Assembly (NCBI GenBank): GCA_964016885.1
Contig: OZ024743.1
Location: 5,146,001 to 5,210,000, forward strand
From: Eledone cirrhosa
Lineage: Eukaryota
Direction: 5' to 3'
Length of the DNA stretch: 64,000 nucleotides
Part shown: positions 24,731-37,065 of the stretch, in pieces
Layout: each line of letters begins with the position of its first letter
How positions within the stretch are numbered: position 1 is the first letter of the stretch
Notes under the pieces: model-generated
What the model was told of the DNA's origin: nothing
Seen by the model: only the letters and a program-made list of their open reading frames with translations
Database searches by the model: none
Translations under genes and position numbers: made by a program

Positions 24731-27700
24731 TGGTCATGTAGGTGTCACGTCAAAAAGCACACAGCCTACACTGTATAGTGGTCGTGTAGGAATCACGACA
24801 AAAAGCACCCAGCCTACACTGTATAGTGGTCGTGTAGCAATCACGACAAAAAGCACCCAGCCTACACTGTATAGTGGTCGTGTAGCAATCACGACAAAAA
24901 GCACACAGCCTACACTGTATAGTGGTCGTGTAGCAATCACGACAAAAAGCACCCAGCCTACACTGTATAGTGGTCGTGTAGCAATCACGACAAAAAGCAC
25001 ACAGCCTACACTGTATAGTGGTCGTGTAGCAATCACGACAAAAAGCACACAGCCTACACTGTATAGTGGTCGTGTAGCAATCACGACAAAAAGCACCCAG
25101 TCTACACTGTATAGTGGTCGTGTAGGAATCACGACAAAAAGCACCCAGCCTACACTGTATAGTGGTCGTGTAGCAATCACGACAAAAAGCACCCAGCCTA
25201 CACTGTATAGTGGTCCTGTAGGAATGACGACAAAAAGCACCCAGCCTACACTGTATAGTGGTCGTGTAGCAATCACGACAAAAAACACCCAGCCTACACT
25301 GTATAGTGGTCGTGTAGGAATCACGACAAAAAGCACACAGCCTACACTGTATAGTGGTCGTGTAGCAATCACGACAAAAAGCACCCAGCCTACACTGTAT
25401 AGTGGTCGTGTAGCAATCACGACAAAAAACACCCAGCCTACACTGTATAGTGGTCGTGTAGCAATCACGACAAAAAGCACCCAGCCTACACTGTAAAGTG
25501 GTCGTGTAGCAATCACGACAAAAAGCACCCAGTCTACACTGTAAAGTGGTCGTGTAGCAATCACGACAAAAAGCACCCAGCCTACACTGTATAGTGGTCG
25601 TTTAGCAATCACGACAAAAAACACCCAGCCTACACTGTATAGTGGTCGTGTAGCAATCACGACAAAAAGCATACAGCCTACACTGTATAGTGGTCGTGTA
25701 GCAATCACGACAAAAAGCACCCAGCCTACACTGTATAGTGGTCGTGTAGGAATCACGACAAAAAGCACCCAGCCTACACTGTATAGTGGTCGTGTAGCAA
25801 TCACGACAAAAAGCACCCAGTCTACACTGTAAAGTGGTCGTGTAGCAATCACGACAAAAAGCACCCAGCCTACACTGTATAGTGGTCGTGTAGCAATCAC
25901 GACAAAAAGCACCCAGTCTACACTGTAAAGTGGTCGTGTAGCAATCACGACAAAAAGCACCCAGTCTACACTGTATAGCGGTCATGTAGCAATCACCACA
26001 AAAAGCACCCAGTCTACACTGTAAAGTGGTCCTGTAGGAATGACGACAAAAAGCACCCAGCCTACACTGTATAGTGGTCGTGTAGCAATCACGACAAAAA
26101 GCACCCAGCCTACACTGTATAGTGGTCGTGTAGCAATCACGACAAAAAGCATACAGCCTACACTGTATAGTGGTCGTGTAGGAATCACGACAAAAAGCAC
26201 CCAGTCTACACTGTATAGTGGTCGTGTAGGAATCACGACAAAAAGCACCCAGCCTACACTGTAAAGTGGTCGTATAGCAATCACGACAAAAAGCACCCAG
26301 TCTACACTGTATAGTGGTCGTGTAGCAATCACGACAAAAAGCACCCAGCCTACACTGTATAGTGGTCGTGTAGGAATCACGACAAAAAGCACCCAGACTA
26401 CACTGTAAAGTGGTCGTATAGCAATCGCGACAAAAAGCACCCAGTCTACACTGTAAAGTGGTCGTGTAGCAATCACGACAAAAAGCACCCAGCCTACACT
26501 GTATAGTGGTCGTGTAGCAATCACGACAAAAAGCACCCAGACTACACTGTATAGTGGTCGTGTAGCAATCACGACAAAAAGCACCCAGCCTACACTGTAT
26601 AGTGGTCGTGTAGGAATCACGACAAAAAGCACCCAGCCTACACTGTAAAGTGGTCGTGTAGCAATCACGACAAAAAGCACCCAGTCTACACTGTAAAGTG
26701 GTCGTGTAGCAATCACGACAAAAAGCATACAGCCTACACTGTATAGTGGTCGTGTAGCAATCACGACAAAAAGCACCCAGTCTACACTGTAAAGTGGTCG
26801 TGTAGCAATCACGACAAAAAGCACCCAGTCTACACTGTATAGTGGTCGTGTAGCAATCACGACAAAAAGCACCCAGCCTACACTGTATAGTGGTCGTGTA
26901 GCAATCACGACAAAAAGCACCCAGCCTACACTGTATAGTGGTCGTGTAGGAATCACGACAAAAAGCACCCAGACTACACTGTAAAGTGGTCGTATAGCAA
27001 TCACGACAAAAAGCACCCAGTCTACACTGTAAAGTGGTCGTGTAGCAATCACGACAAAAAGCACCCAGCCTACACTGTATAGTGGTCGTGTAGCAATCAC
27101 GACAAAAAGCACCCAGCCTACACTGTATAGTGGTCGTGTAGCAATCACGACAAAAAGCACCCAGACTACACTGTATAGTGGTCGTGTAGCAATCACGACA
27201 AAAAGCACCCAGCCTACACTGTATAGTGGTCGTGTAGCAATCACGACAAAAAGCATACAGCCTACACTGTATAGTGGTCGTGTAGGAATCACGACAAAAA
27301 GCACCCAGCCTACACTGTAAAGTGGTCGTGTAGCAATCACGACAAAAAGCACCCAGTCTACACTGTAAAGTGGTCGTGTAGCAATCACGACAAAAAGCAT
27401 ACAGCCTACACTGTATAGTGGTCGTGTAGCAATCACGACAAAACGCACCCAGTCTACACTGTAAAGTGGTCGTGTAGCAATCACGACAAAAAGCACCCAG
27501 TCTACACTGTATAGTGGTCGTGTAGGAATCACGACAAAAAGCACCCAGCCTACACTGTATAGTGGTCGTGTAGCAATCACGACAAAAAACACCCAGTCTA
27601 CACTGTAAAGTGGTCGTGTAGCAATCACGACAAAAAGCACCCAGTCTACACTGTATAGCGGTCATGTAGCAATCACGACAAAAAGCACCCAGTCTACACT

Positions 27701-30700
27701 GTAAAGTGGTCCTGTAGGAATGACGACAAAAAGCACCCAGCCTACACTGTATAGTGGTCGTGTAGCAATCACGACAAAAAGCACCCAGCCTACACTGTAT
27801 AGTGGTCGTGTAGCAATCACGACAAAAAGCATACAGCCTACACTGTATAGTGGTCGTGTAGGAATCACGACAAAAAGCACCCAGTCTACACTGTATAGTG
27901 GTCGTGTAGGAATCACGACAAAAAGCACCCAGCCTACACTGTAAAGTGGTCGTATAGCAATCACGACAAAAAGCACCCAGTCTACACTGTATAGTGGTCG
28001 TGTAGCAATCACGACAAAAAGCACCCAGCCTACACTGTATAGTGGTCGTGTAGGAATCACGACAAAAAGCACCCAGACTACACTGTAAAGTGGTCGTATA
28101 GCAATCACGACAAAAAGCACCCAGTCTACACTGTAAAGTGGTCGTGTAGCAATCACGACAAAAAGCACCCAGCCTACACTGTATAGTGGTCGTGTAGCAA
28201 TCACGACAAAAAGCACCCAGACTACACTGTATAGTGGTCGTGTAGCAATCACGACAAAAAGCACCCAGCCTACACTGTATAGTGGTCGTGTAGGAATCAC
28301 GACAAAAAGCACCCAGCCTACACTGTAAAGTGGTCGTGTAGCAATCACGACAAAAAGCACCCAGTCTACACTGTAAAGTGGTCGTGTAGCAATCACGACA
28401 AAAAGCATACAGCCTACACTGTATAGTGGTCGTGTAGCAATCACGACAAAAAGCACCCAGTCTACACTGTAAAGTGGTCGTGTAGCAATCACGACAAAAA
28501 GCACCCAGTCTACACTGTATAGTGGTCGTGTAGCAATCACGACAAAAAGCACCCAGCCTACACTGTATAGTGGTCGTGTAGCAATCACGACAAAAAGCAC
28601 CCAGCCTACACTGTATAGTGGTCGTGTAGGAATCACGACAAAAAGCACCCAGACTACACTGTAAAGTGGTCGTATAGCAATCACGACAAAAAGCACCCAG
28701 TCTACACTGTAAAGTGGTCGTGTAGCAATCACGACAAAAAGCACCCAGCCTACACTGTATAGTGGTCGTGTAGCAATCACGACAAAAAGCACCCAGACTA
28801 CACTGTATAGTGGTCGTGTAGCAATCACGACAAAAAGCACCCAGCCTACACTGTATAGTGGTCGTGTAGCAATCACGACAAAAAGCACCCAGCCTACACT
28901 GTATAGTGGTCGTGTAGCAATCACGACAAAAAGCATACAGCCTACACTGTATAGTGGTCGTGTAGGAATCACGACAAAAAGCACCCAGTCTACACTGTAT
29001 AGTGGTCGTGTAGGAATCACGACAAAAAGCACCCAGCCTACACTGTAAAGTGGTCGTATAGCAATCACGACAAAAAGCACCCAGTCTACACTGTATAGTG
29101 GTCGTGTAGCAATCACGACAAAAAGCACCCAGCCTACACTGTATAGTGGTCGTGTAGGAATCACGACAAAAAGCACCCAGACTACACTGTAAAGTGGTCG
29201 TATAGCAATCACGACAAAAAGCACCCAGTCTACACTGTAAAGTGGTCGTGTAGCAATCACGACAAAAAGCACCCAGCCTACACTGTATAGTGGTCGTGTA
29301 GCAATCACGACAAAAAGCACCCAGACTACACTGTATAGTGGTCGTGTAGCAATCACGACAAAAAGCACCCAGCCTACACTGTATAGTGGTCGTGTAGGAA
29401 TCACGACAAAAAGCACCCAGCCTACACTGTAAAGTGGTCGTGTAGCAATCACGACAAAAAGCACCCAGTCTACACTATAAAGTGGTCGTGTAGCAATCAC
29501 GACAAAAAGCATACAGCCTACACTGTATAGTGGTCGTGTAGCAATCACGACAAAAAGCACCCAGTCTACACTGTAAAGTGGTCGTGTAGCAATCACGACA
29601 AAAAGCACCCAGTCTACACTGTATAGTGGTCGTGTAGCAATCACGACAAAAAGCACCCAGCCTACACTGTATAGTGGTCGTGTAGCAATCACGACAAAAA
29701 GCACCCAGCCTACACTGTATAGTGGTCGTGTAGGAATCACGACAAAAAGCACCCAGACTACACTGTAAAGTGGTCGTATAGCAATCACGACAAAAAGCAC
29801 CCAGTCTACACTGTAAAGTGGTCGTGTAGCAATCACGACAAAAAGCACCCAGCCTACACTGTATAGTGGTCGTGTAGCAATCACGACAAAAAGCACCCAG
29901 ACTACACTGTATAGTGGTCGTGTAGCAATCACGACAAAAAGCACCCAGCCTACACTGTATAGTGGTCGTGTAGCAATCACGACAAAAAGCATACAGCCTA
30001 CACTGTATAGTGGTCGTGTAGGAATCACGACAAAAAGCACCCAGCTTACACTGTAAAGTGGTCGTGTAGCAATCACGACAAAAAGCACCCAGTCTACACT
30101 GTAAAGTGGTCGTGTAGCAATCACGACAAAAAGCATACAGCCTACACTGTATAGTGGTCGTGTAGCAATCACGACAAAACGCACCCAGTCTACACTGTAA
30201 AGTGGTCGTGTAGCAATCACGACAAAAAGCACCCAGTCTACACTGTATAGTGGTCATGTAGCAATCACGACAAAAAGCACCCAGTCTACACTGTAAAGTG
30301 GTCGTGTAGCAATCACGACAAAAAGTACCCAGTCTACACTGTATAGTGGTCGTGTAGCAATCACGACAAAAAGCACCCAGTCTACACTGTAAAGTGGTCC
30401 TGTAGGAATGACGACAAAAAGCACTCAGCCTACACTGTATAGTGGTCGTGTAGCAATCACGACAAAAAGCACCCAGCCTACACTGTATAGTGGTCCTGTA
30501 GGAATGACGACAAAAAGCACCCAGCCTACACTGTAAAGTGGTCGTGTAGCAATCACGACAAAAAGCACCCAGACTACACTGTATAGTGGTCGTGTAGCAA
30601 TCACGACAAAAAGCACCCAGCCTACACTGTATAGTGGTCGTGTAGCAATCACGACAAAAAGCACCCAGCCTACACTGTATAGTGGTCGTGTAGCAATCAC

Positions 30701-30920
30701 GACAAAAAGCACCCAGCCTACACTGTATAGTGGTCGTGTAGCAATCACGACAAAAAGCACCCAGCCTACACTGTATAGTGGTCGTGTAGCAATCACGACA
30801 AAAAGCACCCAGACTACACTGTATAGTGGTCGTGTAGCAATCACGACAAAAAGCACCCAGCCTACACTGTATAGTGGTCGTGTAGCAATCACGACAAAAA
30901 CCACACAGACTACACTGTAA
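24731..30920. repeat. 48-bp minisatellite, ~129 copies, in MRPS28 intron (GTAGCAATCACGACAAAAAGCACCCAGCCTACACTGTATAGTGGTCGT)
   Basis: Strict 48-bp period with point variants only; higher-order offsets of 1680 and 1104 bp. Confidence 0.99.
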
Positions 30921-31528
30921 ATATGGGTGGCGTTAGGAAGGGCATCCAGCTGTAGAATTTACCAGAAGCAGTCTTATATGAGCAAGACATGGTCACTTAT
31001 TTGTAGAATTTACTTTTGCATCTTACCACATGCAAATGATATGGAAAATGTGTTTAGCCATATGCATTTTATTAAATATGAACGTAATTCTTTTTAATCG
31101 AATTAAATTTAAGTAATGTTTTTAACTATATAATTATATTACTTTTTTATTTGTACTTTTTCATGTACCTTTTTTGTTTTATTGTTATCAAAACAGTGCT
31201 TTTTTTATTCTGTTTACAACCCTCCTTCGGTCTTATGTATGTTTTAAATGCACCTGAAAACAATTTATTGCTATCAATAACCGAAGTTAGGCAACAATAG
31301 ATCTCTGAAGAAAATGAAATTATCTCCTCCGACACACCGGATTGTTACGTATAAACACGTTAGAGTTGGATAGTTTTAAAGTTAGGGGTTCGCTGGTCGG
31401 TTCATGTCATATAATTATATATATGCTGAACGATCGAAATGAATCCGGATGAGATATTTTCATTTTCTTTAATATATGATTAAAAAGTAAATGTTTGAGA
31501 GAGAAACAAAAAGTTGTTTAATACTCAC

Positions 31529-31932
31529 TGAGCTCGAAGATTAGGTTTCTTACACACACAATGAAATTTACCGCCAAAGTCAATATAGAGGTCATTATCT
31601 TGCACTTCGATAATTTTACCAAGCACAACACGTCCCGAAGGATCTCCGAGCTGAAACAGTTTAGAATTTCGAAGTAAAGTAGCAAATGGGGTATCATCAG
31701 TTAGTTCCTTTTGGGGTTCAACTTCGTCCGATTTTTTTTCCCAAAGTTCGACGGCTTTCACAAACTTACTAAGAGTTGATTCCGTCGATACTTTTTTTTC
31801 TGAGACATCCTTTTTATCTGAGGAAGTGTCTGAATACAGCTTAAATGAATTAAAAGATAGGGAACTACGACGAAAATTCCATCGTACACTGTGTAAACGT
31901 GAAGCCAACTTAGTGATAGTGGAGGCTGCCAT
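31529..31932 (-). CDS. MRPS28: MRPS28 (mitochondrial 28S ribosomal protein S28, bS1m) exon 1
   Basis: MAAS start with an R/S/L-rich mitochondrial presequence-like N-terminus; signature FATLLRNS...[23 protein letters not shown]; donor CA|GTGAGT at 31529/31528 (phase 2). Spliced product is 178 aa. Confidence 0.95.
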
Positions 31933-32575
31933 TTTGTGTAACTCTTCAACGTTTCAAGCAGGTGATATTGTATGGATACATAAAAGTGAAATAATATTTT
32001 TAAAAGTAGTGATGTTGACATATACCATCTAGTGGTGTAGATTCTGATAACCTCAACACAACTTTTATTATTTAGTTGGGTTTTTTTTCTTCTGTATATT
32101 ACAAACGTTATATAATTTAATTGAAATGAAATTTAAGAACATCGACTGAATTCATTTTGTTACATTAATGGTAGTTATTTAATCAAACTCAATGTGATGA
32201 AACCTCAAGTAGAATTTATATTCTACTTTTATTTTTGAGAATTACAAAATACATTAATGCACTTTATCTATTCTATAAACATCAATGTTTTCTTTTGGCG
32301 AGAGTTCTCAGTGCCTATGAATAATGGCACATTCGCTGCTACACCTTAATTATCAGGCATGATATAGGCCAGAGGAAACTGTACGCTTGTACATACCTGC
32401 GCTCGGGGGCGACTGCTCGCATCCAGCCCCTCGCTACACCTCTGTTTTGACTAGATCCATCATATTTAGAGCAGTAATTAATATCGGGTGATGGATATCG
32501 TAACATCTATTCTCTTTTCAATTCTATTAAAATCTCAGATGAAATAAGGGGGTGTAAGGTATTAAATTACAAATT

Positions 32576-32764
32576 CAGACCTGTCAACTCTCCCTGTCCG
32601 ATGAGGAGACCCCCTCCCCCCCACACTTTGGGATGGGTGAGAGATGTCATGTCTCGTGAAAATGGGTATAGCTTTCATTATGTAAAATTTCCCCGTTTTG
32701 CCTCATTTCTACCCGTTTTGAGGCACTTTTTTCCTGTTTGGGTTTTTAGAGGATGGGAGGTTTG
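32576..32764. mobile_element. MITE family B, diverged copy
   Basis: Starts CAGACCTGTCAACTCTCCC; colinear with 17208-17392; right TIR degenerate. Confidence 0.8.
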
Positions 32765-33504
32765 CTCATTACCGATCCTAAACACTCCGTCACACAGTGG
32801 TTTATCATATTGGATTCTGAGTGACCAGCCACGTATGCCTGATTGCGACCAAAGGGGTAAATTAGAATCGGTTGGAATGCGACATTATCTGCTATAGAGC
32901 ACAACCCAGCTTCTTGTTTTCCTGACCATTACAATTTGCAAAATTTCAAAAGCGACATCAATCGTTACCTTCTCTTTCCTTGAATTATGTTCTCTCTGTC
33001 TTGTCCTTGTCCCTTCTCAGTAACCCCTTGGGTTTTAGTGGTTTTATTCCCTTGCTTGTGCTGGGCAAAAAACAAAAAAAACAAAGACTTCAGAGAGGAC
33101 TAACAGTTTATATTAGACTAATGCACACTAATGTTGTAATTTAGCTCAAGCTCAGACACGATCAGGCAAACCTATGATTAAAGGTATTCCGTCTATGACT
33201 ATCCGGTTATTTCTTTTTCCGACAGATCATTTTTTTTAAATCGGGAATGTGTGGTTTAAAGGATATTTGGCTGCTTTTCTAACTGGCCGAGTGATTACGT
33301 AAATGTTTCTTTTAGGGTTATTTCTGTGTGCATTATATGAGCAATGCGAGGTATATATGATTCCATCACCAGAATCCCATTGAATAGCAAACTAAGTCTT
33401 TATAAAAGGCTTGCCAGTCTAACAAAGACCAACACATTTCTTAGATAAAACTTATGGTAGAAAAAAAATAAATGACGAATCTCTGTTAACAATACGGTGC
33501 TTCC

Positions 33505-33640
33505 GTCACGTCCAGCAGTTAGAACGTCGGTTAAAACCGTATTCATTCCGACTCCTGCGCTCTGAGTTCAAGTCCCGCCGAGGTCATCTTTCATCAGTTT
33601 GCGGTCAATAAAAAAGTACCACTACTGGAGTCGATTCTGC
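33505..33640 (+). mobile_element. tRNA-SINE fragment
   Basis: tctgagttcaagtcccgccgaggtc...gtcaataaaaaagtaccactactggagtcgatt. Confidence 0.65.
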
Positions 33641-34363
33641 CACTATCTCTCTTTCTCACTATCTCTGTCTTTCTCTGGAAGAAATCGGCTGTTACGAGAT
33701 GGAGAGCGGATATGTAGCAGTAATTTGATGCTCTCCTCAATAGAGTTTCTTTCACAAAGAAGTTGACCTTTCGTGGCCTCCCAGCGAAATTCATCCCATC
33801 AAGAGAAGTTTGGTAAATACATTCTTAATGATACCTTTGCAAGCAAACACGCATACACATCATACTTGATACATAACATCACTGAATTCAACTGTGGTTA
33901 TTTGCCGCACAACGTTGACGAAAGTTATATGTATTAAATTAGTAACATTGTGGTTTATATATTTGATTTCCTATGTCATCAAGGTAAATCACTTACCCAA
34001 GGAATCGTCACATCATAATCATCATCATAATGAAACTAACTCACTTGCACACCCCCTATCTTCTCTGGTCACATTGGTCTTCCTTCGCCTACACTCTACA
34101 CAACAATGACTACACCACTGAGCAATCCACAAGTGAGTACACACACACAACAACCGAATTAACACCACCACACATCCTAGCACCAGACTCGCTATAGATG
34201 GACTCGGCCAGATTTTTTACTACGGCACTCCACCGGGTGTTTTGGGTTAAAAGAACTCGCCACTAATCTATGTGATATTTTGTGTGATTATACTGATGAT
34301 CGCCACAACTACCGGGTTTTGGTGACGGAATCGTCAGGCAAATTACCTTCAATATTTAGTTAC

Positions 34364-34579
34364 GACGTTGAATTGGCAGAATCGGTAGAGCGTCGGACAC
34401 TATGCTTCGTCGCGGCATAGAGTAACGGGCCTTTATGTTCTGAGTTCAAATCCAGCCGAGGTTAGCTTTACCTTTCATCCTCACGTAGTCGATAAAATAA
34501 AGCACCAGTAATGCACTGAGGTCGTTTTAATCAACTTTACCCTCTCCCCAAATTGCTGGCCTTGTGCCCATAGTAGAAA
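34364..34579 (+). mobile_element. Apparently full-length tRNA-SINE with 15-bp TSD, nested in an older related SINE (~34320-34695)
   Basis: TSD tcaatatttagttac at 34349-34363 and 34580-34594; colinear with 16691-16908. Confidence 0.85.
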
Positions 34580-35839
34580 TCAATATTTAGTTACTGCTCT
34601 TTACGTTCTAAATTCAAATCCTGTTGATGTAAACATTACCTTTTAGCCTTCAGGGATCGATCAGATAAAATACCGGTTATATACTGGAGTCGATATAATA
34701 TTCCTGTTAAATGTTCTATATGTTAATGGAGCAATAGTAGAAGAGTTGAGAGAAAAGATGGATGTATATAGTTTAGATTCTTTACTGAATGTGGCTGTTG
34801 CCATAAATTGAGATAAAGAAAAAGGATCGAATCAAAAACATTTTTGAAGCTGGAATTTTAATCGATAAAAATTTTGAAGCTGGAATTTTGATTCAATAAA
34901 AATTTTAATCGAACAAATAAATAAATCATTGCTTTGGTGTTTTATAGATTTATTTAGTTTATGAAAATGAGATTTCAAAAATTAAAAAAAATAATGTAAT
35001 TTATGCGTATGTATCTGATTTGGACGACGAGAAAGTATTTTCAGTGAGTATAGGTTTCCATAGAAAATATTCTGTTCATTTTACTTCCCATGGTGTGTTT
35101 TTTTCGTTTGATCAATGAAGAGTGTAGTTACAAACAAACTGACCAATCAAAACGTTCGTAACTAACAGTTGACATCGTACACCTTTTCAAACACGCTTTG
35201 CTTGTTTTTCAACGAAAATTTATCGTATCATTCTCAAAATGACTGAACTATCGGGATTTTCTAAATTATTCGAATTTATGACTCTAGTTGGGCAATTGAA
35301 GGTAAATTTTTCTCTAAACTTTAATTCACTGCTATCGTTAAATTCCATATCCTTTGATTTCTGTTTCATCGGAGATTAAAAATATCTAATCAGTATCTTT
35401 TATTTGATTATCGTGTTTGTAATTAAATTAAATTTGTCAAATGAGGTATTTATTTTATTATAATTTGACACGTTATTTATAGCAAATATTTTCACAAATA
35501 TTACAGAAATTTGTTAATAAAGGAATGAGTACCTGTGAAAAGCACAGCTACATAATGTTCATATTGATAAATGAGATTTTAGCAATGTGATTTTTTTAAA
35601 TGAAATTTATTTCATAAATAGCTAAAGTCCCTTGCAAAGCAATGTATTTATATACTAAAACTAATTATATTTAAAATAATACGAAATACATTCTATGGTT
35701 TAAAACTTACTGTGATAACTTGTGACCGGCGAGAAGGCTCTGTTAAAGAATCTCATTAATCATCGAACGAAGATATGCCGCCAGCATTCTACGTTTTCCC
35801 TAATTTATTTTAAAGTGAAGTGCTTTATTTATATCATTA

Positions 35840-35990
35840 CTATGAGTTCAAATCCTGCCACGGTCAACTTTCTGTTTGATCCTTCTAGGTTCGATAAAAT
35901 AAAGTACCAGTCAAGTACTGAATCAATTTTATTGATTTATCCCTCCCCCTAAATTCTATCAGTGCTAAAAATTGAAACCTTTATTACTAT
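35840..35990 (+). mobile_element. tRNA-SINE fragment
   Basis: gagttcaaatcctgccacggtcaac...tcgataaaataaagtaccagtcaagtactg. Confidence 0.7.
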
Positions 35991-36203
35991 GTGTAACCAA
36001 GTTTTAGTTCAGCTTCATCAAATGAAATAAACGTCACGATTCGGATGTAATATATTTTCTTATAATTAACAAAATTAAACGAAATGTTATTTCAAGTAAA
36101 AATTATAATAGTAAATAAAATTAAATCCTATAATTTTTCATAAATAATTTTCGATCAGTTTTCTGTGTATTTTTTTTTTTGCTGGTATGAATAATTATGT
36201 TCT

Positions 36204-36240
<37 letters not shown>

Positions 36241-36391
36241 CGTGTTTAAATTAGCATTTTACCCAAATCAATAATGCAAGCAATTACATTCCTGTAGAAA
36301 ATCTATGACATCGTGATTGATATTATTCGTTATCAGTATGATAATACCGCTAGATTTCAGTTTTTTCTTCTCGTGTGTTATCAATTTATTT

Positions 36392-36908
36392 CCTAATACG
36401 GTGCAAAGGACTCTTTCCCCATAAAGGGTAGAGGAGAGATGTAACCCTCGGACTTTTCACTCATCCCCTGGAGCTTTCTAGACCATTTTTTCCCCTCGGT
36501 TCTTTCGTGTTATAACGAATATAATCTCCAAACCCGTCAGAAATGACTCGCTTACTAGAAAAAGTCTAGGGATAGTGGGAAAGACTTGGAGTTTCGAAGA
36601 TCTACACCCCTCTCGCGTTTAGGGGTAATTCTTTTTTTTTCATAGATTTCTTTCGCGTGTTATCGACGAATATGACCGCCAAACACGCTAAAACTAACCA
36701 CTAACAGTAATCCCATCACGTAACACGAACCTTAACCTGACTTAAATCCCTAACTGTAATCCCCCTAACTCTAACCCTTAAACATATCCCTAACTAAAAA
36801 AACAAATACACCAAAATAAGAAAAATTTTAATGAAAATTTTGGGGTGGGTGAGGGTACCCGAGGCCCCTCTGTTTTTCTGGGAAAAACCTCCTTTGCTGC
36901 ATATTAGG
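36392..36908. mobile_element. Putative MITE with degenerate ~40-bp TIRs and internal telomere-like (CCCTAA-related) repeats
   Basis: cctaatacggtgcaaaggactctttcccca versus the reverse complement of tgggaaaaacctcctttgctgcatattagg; degenerate ctaacc/ccctaa units at ~36690-36797. Confidence 0.5.
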
Positions 36909-37065
36909 GTGTAAGTTTAGTTTATAGCACATGAAAAATCTGAGAAAAAATATATTCCCCAATGAAATCGATTGGGAATGTTTTCCCAACCGAAATTGAA
37001 AGGCATTCTGAAAGTATTACAAGTTTATGTTTAGTTAGCTTACTACAATTTAAGATGGAAAATAA

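Noticed and set aside
24678-30904. Long ORFs (up to 856 aa) of 16-aa repeats
   Set aside because: They follow from a 48-bp (3n) unit lacking stops in some frames; open in several frames and strands, intronic and SINE-derived, with no unique domain.
34293-34337. Second hammerhead-like CTGATGA...hairpin...CGGAATCGTCAG
   Set aside because: Lacks GAAA and stems I/III; the 3' half is better explained as the head of the older SINE.
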